Made by a program: the position numbers and the translations under genes. The notes under the pieces were generated by a model. It ran no database searches, was not told where the DNA came from, and was given only the letters and a program-made list of their open reading frames with translations. Of a DNA stretch of 64,000 bases, positions 36,753-47,354 are shown piece by piece. Position 1 is the first letter of the stretch, and each line of letters begins with the position of its first letter. The stretch covers positions 1,674,001 to 1,738,000 of the forward strand of contig OZ037833.1 of NCBI GenBank assembly GCA_964035575.1, given 5' to 3'. This DNA comes from Rhynchopus sp. YZ270_cl-10 (lineage: Eukaryota).

Positions 36753-38025
36753 TATTCACCTCCTTTTAGCGGGGTTTTATTTTGCGATAACTTCACGCAT
36801 TTTTTTCCCAGGCGAGGGCTACTTAATTTGCCGAGCGAAGCGAGGCAAATTGAGTGCACGAGCCTGGGAAAAAAATAAGTGAAGTATCGCAAAATAATCC
36901 GCTAAAAGGAGGTGAATACGTAATTTTATTTCACGGGAAATAAAGTATACGAAAGGATTTGGCACTTTTAGCGGGACTCATTTATTGTGCAATAACTAAC
37001 GAGAATGTGTCCCTCCAGGTAGCTCTCATTACCCTCCCGCTAGCTTTTGCTCGCCGGGAACCTGCAAAAAACTGGTGAATTGGGCCCATACCCTGGTATG
37101 TGGGGTGGGATACGCATTTTTGGGGTGGCAGAACCATGTGTGAGCCACAGGGTGGTGCACGTGTGACCCCATGCAGTACCACGCAACCCACGTTTTTACA
37201 CACACAACAACGGCATTTTGCGTGTAGCGCGTACAGTATGTAGCCTAAAAAGCCCACACCACGTGTACGCATAGCGCGTAGCGCAGCGTGTGGTCGGTTT
37301 GGAAAGCTGCCTCAACGGTACACAAAGCTACATCCCGACCTCTCGCCACCTCAGTGTCCCCTCGGGTGCTAGCGGGAGGTCGGGAAATGGCTGTCGTGCA
37401 AGAGCGAGACACATTCAGAAGATCCCCGCCCATCACAGAATATCATGCCAGCCACCACCTTCCTCACAATGAAGTAAAGGGGGTGGTGTGTCCTTCGTCT
37501 TGATAGTGAGATCGTCACGGAGATACACTATGTACGAAACGAAGTCGGCTTCCGTGGGCTTACCGTCAGGCTTGCCAATGAATTCCTTAAAAAGCGGTCC
37601 CATTCACGGACGTACGGTGTCGACAATGCTAGTCCTTCAGCAAAACCACTGTAGTGCTTGTCCATCTCCTGTCGGAGGACCGTTTGCGTCTTACATCCTT
37701 CGGCATGTTGCATGTGTCAGAAAAAAAATGGGAAAAGGGCAAAAAAAATTCGAAATTTTCAATTTTTAGGTGGGTGGTGGTGCAGGATGTACCAAAATTT
37801 AGCGTGAAGTTATCGCCAAATAAAACCCCTGTTTTAGCGTGAAAAAAATAAAAATAAAATCCCGCTCTGAAGGAATTGCAGTGAAAAAAAGTGAAAAACG
37901 CGTGAAATAAAGTTCAATGAGCGGGTTTTTAATTTGCGATAAAAAAACTGCGTGAAATTATCATTAAAAAGAATCCCGCTAAAAGTGCCAAATCCTTCGT
38001 ATACTTTATTTCCCAGGGGAATAAA
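36753..38025 (-). mobile_element. Degenerate Crypton-like (tyrosine recombinase) element
   Basis: 166-bp terminal hairpin 36753-36918 with a central CCGAGCGAAGCGAGG; ~42-bp inverted repeats 36935-36976 / 37974-38014; frameshifted recombinase-like peptide fragments at ~37380-37713. Confidence 0.6.
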
Positions 38026-39463
38026 AAAAAAAAAAAATCATGGTTGAACCACGGGAGTACCATGGGAACTGGGTTGCTGACCGCACCATCCAGGCTGTAC
38101 CTCAATTTTTTTTTGCCTGCGGCGCCATTTTCCCTTTTTTGCTCCGCAAAAAAGGGTTAGGTGTGTGACTATGTGCTGTAAAAAAGATAGATTTTTACAC
38201 TGTACCCTAATTTTTTTTCGCCTGCGGCGCCATTTGTTTGATTTTTTTTTGCTCCGCAAAAATCCCTATGTTCCCAATGTCCCTGGTCAGCAGTGCTGAG
38301 AAATTTTGGGCACAAAAACAAACTGACCCCCCAATCTTCCAACGACAGTGACATTTATGTCAACAATTTTTAGAAATGTTGCGTACCGTGGCTTCGCTTG
38401 GGTGCCATGCCTGCCATGACTGCCATGACTGCCGTTTATTTTGTAAATGTACTGAGGTTACTGATAATTCGTGTACCACGTGTGCCTGGTGCAAATATCA
38501 ATGAAGTGCCGAACTCCGAGAAATTCTCGCATTCCGCCGGAGGCCCCCAACTTGAGCTAAGGTGGGGACCCGGGCGCGCGAAGCGCGCCCGGGCTCGCCA
38601 CACCTATACAAAAACCCGCAAAACCGCAAAATCTCACCTATTTTCAGAGTTAGGTGAGATGCTGGGAAACACTGAAAGTTGACCAAAAAAAAAAAAAAAA
38701 GAAGAAGAAGAAGAGCGGGGAAGAGAGAAGGAGAAAACTCGAACAATGCGTACGTCAAAAAAATGCGTCCCAAAAAAAAATGAGGGGCACAAAAGGCAAC
38801 GTAGGATTTGGCATCACGTATGTATTTTCATATTTCTCAAAAAGTATGCAAAAATAAAAACAAATCTCTTTGTGAAAAGACACCTCATCAAATGCCCAAC
38901 CGATGCAATCACATAAATGAGATCAATTTTTTTTTTTTTTTGGGTAAACAGGGCAGGCTCTCCGCTAGGATTTCCGATTTTGAAAATGTTCTGTTGATGA
39001 TCCACGTGGTGGGGTACATGCTTGCGCCGCAGGCGCACGGTACGCAACTTTTTTTTTTTCCAACGCCCGATTTTGACTTTTTTGGGACGTTTGAGCACTC
39101 ACCTCTCCATATTTTCTTCTCCTGAGCTTTTTTGACAGGTAGAACGGGTCTGAACCACTCAGCAGAACTTTTTTTTTTTTTTTTTTTCTCCCCCATTTTC
39201 AAAAAGTTCTGTTGACAATCAACAGAACTTTAGTACCTAGCGGAGTCACTGAAACAGGGGGAATTGAGGGCGCCGTTTTAACGCCTCTGGGACGCAGCGC
39301 ATTGAGAGGGTGAAGTGATTGTAAAAAAAAGAGGGGAGCGGTAGGCAACGGGGGAGGGGGGTAATTCTTTCGCAATCGGCAACTGGCAAATGCTGGACGA
39401 TGCTTCTTTATTTTCAATCTACAGATGTTCGGAGTAGAGGTTTGCTATATTCTTTCAACACGG

Positions 39464-41198
39464 TTAACACGAAAGCCCGGTGAAGGATTCGAGAGTGCGC
39501 ACTCGACGAAGCGTGTCGCTGGATCTGTCAAGGGAGAGGGAGGACGAATCGGAGAGCTCACGAGGGTCTCCTTCCGATTGGCAGTCGCGGCTGCTGTCTG
39601 TCTCAGGTATGCCGGCGAACATGTCCTCCAGCAGGATTGGTGTGGCGAAGCAGTCCCCAACAAGACTGGTCACCTCGCTGCTGGCGCCGTCGTTGTAGAA
39701 CGACGTCTGCGGTGTTACAAGAGCAGGGCATGTGTTGCAGCGCATCAGCTGCTGTAGGGTGTTAGTGGTGTCAAATGTTGGCAAATGTTATCTGGCACGA
39801 AACAGATTATCAAAAAGAGGCCTAAAGCCTAAAGCCTAAAGCCTAAAGCCTAAAGCCTAAAGCCTAAAGCCTAAAGCCTAAAGCCTAAAGCCTAAAGCCT
39901 AAAGCCTAAAGCCTAAAGCCTAAAGCCGTGCTGAGTCGCCCAACAGGATTGAAAGATGAAAGCTATGTAAAGGTTATTAATAAAGACAAAGTGCATACTG
40001 TTTCCTGCGGGGTCTGCGACAGCGGCTCCGTCATGCACCGTGTTGGTTTGTCTGCCTGTGTGATCGGGGCAGCAAAGCAGACGCGCACGGTGTGCCCCCC
40101 TTCGGTCCTGCCGTTGAGGCGGCCGACAAGCATGAAGGCCTCCTCAGGGGTGGCGAACTCGAGGAGTGCGTCTGCACCGACGGCGGCAATGAAGGTGGGG
40201 TCGTCCATGCTGTGACGCTTGAGGCATGAGAAGACGGCGCCCTCTGCGCGGTGCCAGTTGGCGACAGTGACGGCACGGCTTGGGGGGCACTTCGTTGCAG
40301 CAACGGGCCCGGCAGGCTCGTTGACGATGGAGAAGGTCCAAAGCTCTGAGAGCGCGCCGCTCCAGTTCGACGCATTGGGGAGTGTGCTGGGCTTGGCCTG
40401 GACGACGTCGCCAAAGAGGGGGAACTCCTCAAAGTGCTGCCGCAGGGCCTCTGCGTCGTCCTCGGTGCGGAACTGCAGGATCGCCTTCTTCGCGTTGTGT
40501 GCCTGCGACAGCACCTTCGCCACAACGATGTCGCCGTACTGACTGCAGATGCGGAAGAGCATCTCCGCTGTAACGTACGGTGTGTCCTCGTCCACAGGGT
40601 CCGGCAGGCCGGACACATAGATGCAGGTCCCGACCTTGCCCTGGGGCAGCGCCGTCTTGCTCTCAGGGATGCGCCCCCGCATGTGCTCCTCCTGGCGTGG
40701 GATCAGCCAGCCCTCCCCAGAGCGGTGCTCGCCCCAGACAAAGTCAAGTGTACACCGTGCGGTTGTTGCGAGACGTGCGTTGACCTCATCGTAGCAGTGG
40801 TTCTTGTCGTCGTTCTTCTTGAAGGAGAGCTCCGGGACGGTGGAGAAGACGGCAACGAAGGTGCATTCAAAGGGCGCACCGTTGCTCCCGCACGACGCAA
40901 TCGGGCGGCCGTTGATGTACTCCATCGCCTGCTGCGCGCCGTCGTGCGTCTCAAACTGCACCAACGCCTGCTCCTTGCTGTCCTTCTGCGACACAAACAA
41001 CGACACTTTCTCCACCTTCGCCAGCTGCGTCATCGTCCAGAAGATGTTCTCCATCTTGACCTCCCCGCTCAGCTCCACCCTCAGGTCACGCAACACCACC
41101 AGCAAAACACGCGCTGTAGTCGCTTGAGCACGGGGACGGTGCTGCTTGCGCGACTTCCTCCCCCGTCCAGCAGACTTGTTGCTTGACGGGGTGTGCAT
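39464..41198 (-). CDS. PTB/hnRNP-L-like RRM protein, paralog 2, lacking the SAM domain; 2 exons 41198-39999, 39751-39464 (~495 aa)
   Basis: High similarity to paralogs 1 and 3 in the RRM region. GTATG donor at 39998 and CAG acceptor before 39751, in phase 0. Confidence 0.85.
39820..39927. repeat. Perfect (GCCTAAA)15 tandem array, i.e. TTTAGGC on the minus strand, intronic
   Basis: 108 bp read directly; lies inside intron 39752-39998. Confidence 0.95.
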
Positions 41199-44100
41199 TG
41201 TAATTATGAAGAGTAAAGAGAGAAAAACGGAGCGAAAATGAAAGTATAAAAGATGTGATACGGGCAAGAGAAATGCTCTGTGGGTAGGGATGGATTTGTA
41301 AGGAAATTATTTCGAAGAAGAAAAAAACCTCCCCGAAACCCCTATTTTTTTTTTTGTGTGGTAAGTTGGTGTCCTAATTTTCGTTTTTTTTTTTCTTTTT
41401 GTTTTGTTTCCGTCGTGGTTTCTTGTGTTTTTTTTTTTTCCCGGGTGGGTACGGGAGGGATGTTGTCACTAAGTGATGCATCGGAATGAGAAGAGGGGAA
41501 GGGGAAGGGGGAGGGAAAGAAGGAAATAATTTTTTGATGCAGGCACCTCCGACTGACCCACGTACGATGCCAGCCATCTGGATGAAAGCACAATAAAGAA
41601 AGGGGGGTGGGGTGGGGAGAAAAAATCGTACGTAAGCCTCTCGCTCTGAGGATGGTCTTACTAAGCCAGAAGAATGTGCACCCTTCCCCCCCTATTCTGC
41701 CTTGTCTGCTTGTGGATGCTGATGCACACTCCCCGCCACTTCATTTTTTAAATGAGGTGGGGTTGGCCCAAAAAAAAACACCATTTCTTGAAACCATAGT
41801 ATATAGTGTACCCCGTAGAAAATAAAGAAGAAGCGATTTTTTTTTTGTCACAAAAAACGAAAAAGTTGAAAGTGCAAAACATTAAAAAGAATGCAGTTCA
41901 AAAAAAAGAGTTTAAGATAAACTTAAGCTTTGTGGTTAATCACCCTTGATCACCATCAAAATAAGAAAAAAATGTGGGGATTTTGCTGTAGCTGCATCAA
42001 AATCCGTCACCCAATGGAAACTGAACACTAGCGTTGTACCAACGGATCTGTCCTTTTCTGCTACTATGTCTTTTTTCGTTGACCGCAGCTATTTAATTCA
42101 ATCACGATTGCAAAAAATAAAATAAAATGGGAGCAACTGATAAGCAAACAAACCTTTGTCACATTGAGCGCATGCATGAGGTCCGACGTCGTCACCTTAT
42201 CCAACGCGATGAATGGCTCTTTTGCCTGAGTGACGCACGTTATAATGGATGGGAGATATCAAAAGGAACAAAGCGTAAAGACAGATCTATCGTTGATATT
42301 TTTTTAACTATGTTTCCAATAACATTGAGTGTTTTACAAAAAGAGAGAAAAGAGTAATAATTTCCTTCACTGATTTTTCATGTTCTAAAAGTGAAGGTGT
42401 GGGGTTTTTTTTTCTCATAAAAAAAAATTCGTCTAATACGACCTTCAGGGGTCGTTTCTTCTGCACTAGGGAGGTTTTGAAAGTTTGTTTTGGTTTTGTT
42501 TTTTTTATTTTTTGCTACTCTGTTTGTTTTGCATTGTAATTTCACTGTAGTAACTTTGTAAGTTAAGTGGTAACGCTTCTGCACATGGAGAGGGTTTTGT
42601 GCACCCCTCTCCCCCTTCTCAAAAAAAAAATAAACATTGATTTTCTGGTGGTCTTTTTTTTGAAGAAAACACTCATTGTTTCCAGTCGTGCTCTCAAAAA
42701 AAAGGACCAGTTTTTGCGGGGTGGAAAGAAGATGAGCAAAAACAGGAACGAAAGAGAACGACGTGAAAAAGGTGTTGGAAAAAAAAAACGCTTCAGGCGC
42801 AGTATGTAGGGCACACACACACACCCGAAAGGTTGTTTTTTTTTTTGATTCATTTAGTAAAAACCTTAGGGGGGGCTATGGATTGAAAGTGGCATGTGTG
42901 TGAGTGCATAGTGAACCGGCTTTTAAAAAAATACTTCAAAAAAAATAAAATAAAACGGATAGAAACGAAGATCACAAAATAAAATGCAGAATATTTTCTG
43001 TCAGATGAACCTAAGTCTCGCTGTGCTCAGATCATCTATAAAAAAAGAGTGTGGATTTGATACAAACCACACCGACACACCCAAGGACGACACAAAAAAT
43101 TGAAAATAATTTTGTTTTTTTGAAAGATAAATTGCCTCTCGTGCGCATCAAAAGAAGAGAAAAAAAAGGTTTCAATGAAAAATGTGCATCTCAAGACACA
43201 AATATCCCCATACACTGAACCGTTGGCGAACAAACACAACCGCAAAAAAAATAGGGTTTCACTTGAAAGTATCAAGGAAACCCATCAAACTTAACACCCG
43301 TCACCTATAATAAAATTGAAATCATAAAATAATCTTCTGTTTCTTTTGCACTACCCCCCTACATGGATGAGGTGAAGAACACGTCTAGGACATTATATCA
43401 AATTTGTCAAACATAGCCCTCCTTCATACCCCTATGGCCTGCTCTGTCACAGACCTGTGTGTGGGGGGTTTTGTTTTGCACTGTCCTAGCGTTCCCTGTT
43501 TGGGCTAGAAATGCATGGGATGCTGGCAAGCCAACAGAGTAGCATTGTTCTGTTCGTTCCGATTCGTTGTTCCCTTTTTCACAAAAAAAAATTGATTCTC
43601 TTTTTGGGAAACCGCACAAAAAAAGGAAGCGCAGTAAAACCGCTGTGCAAGAACGTTTCATAGGACGCAAAAAAGGGAAAACAAAATAGTAGAATCGGTA
43701 AAATTGTTTTTTTTTTCGTTTGATCACACAACCCTCCCATTTGAGGGATGATTTGGCGACCATACCCGGTAAATACTATTTCTCCTTTAAAGCAAGCTTC
43801 GTAGGAATAAGAAAAAAAAATCCGTTTCTCCAGAGGGTGTAGATGCACCCCCCACCGCAGGCTGCAAAGCATACAATAAATTGTGGCAGCAAAAAATGGG
43901 GGTATTTTTGAACCAAGAGAACGGAAAGCAACACATAAAAAGAAATCGTCAAAGGACGAAATATACCTCACGGAGTGCGCATATTGTCTTAAAAAAACAA
44001 AGAAAAGTTGAGATGAGTACAATCCACTCATGCTTCGTCACCAAAAAGACACGGTTACCTCACACTTTTTGTTGCCGACTACCTTCGTAGGAAATATGGG

Positions 44101-44886
44101 AATTCCCCCTTTAACAACAACAAAGATGATGCTGGAAAAGGTATTTACGTTGAGATGGCCTACTCCCGTCAAGGGAGCAACACTTGGTGTGAAGTGAGCG
44201 ACTCTTTTTTGAAAATTTGGTTGTATTAGTGTAGCCACCCTAGGGTGTGATCCACTATACTTTTTTTCTTCCGTGCTTTTTTTTTTTGTGTTCTGCATTG
44301 CTTCAGGTGTCGTCAACGCACCCATGCTTCCCCACAACCTGGCTGTATTGTGTATTCCAGCAGAATATGACATATCGCAACAAAAATGGACCGTACAAAA
44401 AAAGCTGGGACATTTTACCCACTTAGGATCCAACATTTCGTACATTTACGGCAACAGACTGATGTACACTTGTACATCCCGATGCTAGCCACTAATGGTG
44501 CACCAGAAAGCACAGTACAGCCATTGCCCTATCTTCCTATTTTTCTTTGAATGAAGGGGTTGGAAAGAAGACTCGCTTTAATGATCACGGGCTTCCTTGC
44601 CAACCCCGAGCGCTGTGGGCGCAAGAATGTCAGGTGCTCTGGTGTTACATTTCCGCAAGTTTATAGAGGGTAACTTAGGCAACATACTCAGAATGTGCAA
44701 CAAAAAAACCTTCCTTGGAAACTGAAGAGAAAAAAGGGTGTGAAAAATAATAAAATAAATGATGAGAAATTGGAGGGGTTTTTTTTGAAGGAATAGAGTG
44801 GTTAATGTGGTACACCGTGTCCCCAGAGAGTGCGGCAAGATGTGAAACCTTGAAAGATGGGGGTGGGTTCCACGCGAATGCGACAC

Positions 44887-44902
<16 letters not shown>

Positions 44903-44937
<35 letters not shown>
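44903..44937. repeat. (CA)n microsatellite
   Basis: Read directly, following a poly-A run. Confidence 0.9.
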
Positions 44938-44941
<4 letters not shown>

Positions 44942-45073
44942 CCAAACCATGTACCGTTCACATATGTTGGAAATGCCAAAAAAAAGGTCACAAATACCCA
45001 ACACCTTGCAGTACATCGTGGGAAACCTGACACTCCGTAAAATGGAAAGAAGAAGAAAAAGGGGGGGGATTAC

Positions 45074-45142
45074 CGGTGCTCCGGGGAGGGGTCGATGTTG
45101 ACAGGTCGCTGACAGGTCGTTGACCGATTTCCGTAAGCACCA
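45074..45142. mobile_element. Short copy of the TGGTG...CACCA family
   Basis: CGGTGCTCCGG...GACAGGTCGTTGACCGATTTCCGTAAGCACCA matches both ends of 7531-7639. Confidence 0.6.
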
Positions 45143-47354
45143 GATACCCCAATTCTGATAACGTAACACAACGTTGGTACACAAATCACTTTGGGTAATG
45201 TTCCACTCTCAGGAACTACCCAGAACTGCTTTCAAGCATACACACACACGCCCCTTACACCCCCCCAAAAAAAAAAGTAGAAGTTGAAATACAAAGCCCT
45301 CTCGTGAACAGTGTACCTTGGTACATGACCGGCTGTACCGAAAAAAAAAAAAAGTGGAACAGTTCATCTAAAAATAAGGTGTGACTTGAAATACAACAGC
45401 GCTCTCATAACAGTACCTTGGTACATGACCGGTGCACCTGGGGTGGACCCCAACCATGCAAGTCTTTACATGAATTTCGAGAAAGCGACCATCCTTTTCC
45501 GGCATTTTCCCACTACACCATCTTCGATGCAGAAGAGGCGAGATAAATAACTGAGAGGTGGGGGAGAGGAATGAAATAGCAGGGGGGAGGAGGTGATTTT
45601 AATTTAATAAAATTCCCATAAGCTCGGGCAAGCGTATGTGTGGGTGGGGGGATGTAATATATTTGCGCATGCGGGGAAGGAAGTAACAGTTCTTTTGTGT
45701 GTCTCTGTTTTTTTTTTGTTGAAAATCTGCCTATATAGACGGGATGTGCTCCCCAAAACCTTTTTCCCTCTCTTCTGGGGTGAATAGTAAAATGCATATT
45801 TTCTATTTCAACAACAAAAAAAAAAAAAAAAAAAAGAATTTTTGAGAGGGAAAAGACATGAAGAAAAACTGGTTTCGATTCACATCAAAAAAAAAAAAGT
45901 GAAGTTGATAGTGCAAACGTCGGGACGCAGGTACTGACACTCCGAAAAAAGGTAGAGTTGAAATACAAAGCCCTCTCGTGAACAGTGTATAAAAAGATAG
46001 TTGCAGCCCATCCTCGTCTACACCGATTCAAGAATATCAAACGGAAACTAAAAAAAACTTGCAATAATGTATCTGCACACAAAAGACCTCTACAAAAAAA
46101 AAAAAAGAAAAAAAGACAAACACCATTTCCCAAACGTCGCAAGACAACCGAAACCATAGCCATTATTTGGATCCGACGATACCTTCAAGAGGTTCGTTAT
46201 ATAAGCAATGACACCTTTTTAAGGGCTAGGAAAAGCTACACAGACACAAAGATAATAATAAAAAAGCAAGGCCTATACGAGAAGTAGAAAAACTCTGGGC
46301 CTGATACCGTATTTTTTGTTGTATCATTCATCACATGGGTTCTGCACCCCAAAATGTCACTCAAAACCATTTTTTTTGTTCTTGTTTTTTTTTTAAATTG
46401 TTTTGCCGAAAAAAAACCCCTTCCCTTGAAAGATGCACCTCGTTACACACAAAGAAAGAAAAATTGTAAGATTGGTGTGTCATTATCGCTATCGCGCTGG
46501 AACACGCAAGAAGAACGAAACCCTGAAAGTGCTGGAGAGAGAGAGAGAGAGAGAGGAAGGATGCTCTCCAAAAAAAAAGAAAAAAAAAGAAAAAAAAAAA
46601 CGAAAAAGAGAAATCTTAAAAGATGAATAAGCCTCGTACACAGACAGCTTTGAAAGAAATCTCGAAAAGGGGGTAAAAACGTAACGAATGCCCTCTGGTG
46701 TAGACAAAGCCAAACAAACATAGATACACCGACTCGCGGCCACAGAATTTAGAAAAGAAAAAAAAAATAAAAGGGGGATAGTTATTGATGCAGGCACCTC
46801 CGATCTATCCTGGCCATCCGGATGAAAACACAGTACCCTGCAAGCCAACAACAAAAGGTGAAAGGAAACCTTCTGGTTTCCAAAAAAAAAAAAAAGTCCC
46901 CCCGGAAATAAAGAAATAAAAAAGCGTGAAAGAGACGTGCGCCACGAGAGAGTTCTGATTACATCTACGTAAGATGTAATCAAAATAATCAAAAACGAGA
47001 TGTGCAAACACGCACCAAATACACAAGAAAGACCTGACCCACAACTCGTTTTTTTATGTTATTTTTTGGCCTCTTCGCACCAAGGGAAAGGAATGCTTGG
47101 GCTCCCAAGCAATTGCGGTTTATTGTCTCCCCCCACAAGACAGAATCTGAGTGAGAAGACGATGAGGTGCGAAGCAACAAATCAATAACAAAAAAACCCC
47201 CCCAAAAAAATAACTTTTTTTGATAAACACACGACAGAGCGAGGAAATTTCGTTTTTCTTTTTTCCCTTCCCCCTTCTTTTCTTTCTATGTTTCTTTCCC
47301 CCTTTTTTTTCCAACCTTTTTTCGTTCTCAAATTTGAAGGGAAAAAAAATGAAA

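Larger units (their letters stand above)
29264..45990 (-). repeat. Dispersed hairpin family 2 (plus-strand GAAGTTGATAGTGCAAAACGCCTCTGGGACGCAGGCACTGAA and variants), ~10 co-oriented copies
   Basis: Copies near 29264-29318, 33556-33598, 34169-34213, 36342-36387, 39261-39305, 41863-41897, 45281-45318, 45385-45420, 45899-45938 and 45955-45990; partial at 8058, 42786 and 62233. The span is the range. Confidence 0.75.
8001..46650 (-). repeat. Dispersed bulged-hairpin family 1 (~35 bp; plus-strand consensus AAGATGAACCTAAGCCTCTCGTGCTTAGTCACCTT), ~19 co-oriented copies plus one expanded copy
   Basis: Copies start near 8001, 8163, 8481, 18501, 19560, 22856, 24337, 28714, 28922, 29526, 30114, 30947 (interrupted), 31453, 33010, 36298, 41914, 43002, 44010 and 46620 (some degenerate), plus 39815 (expanded). 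The span given is the range, not a continuous feature. Confidence 0.85.

Noticed and set aside
27400..39400. Short ORFs in the gene-free tracts (Phe/Lys-rich 60-170 aa)
   Set aside because: They are translations of poly-A/T runs and repeats; only the recombinase-like fragments near 37.4-37.7 kb look protein-derived.
8001..46650. Family-1 hairpins as a CRISPR array, SECIS, iron-responsive element or Smaug recognition element
   Set aside because: Spacing is irregular (0.15-10 kb) with no cas genes. There is no tandem G.A quartet partner or apical AA, no consistent CAGUGN loop with bulged C, and no CNGG loop.
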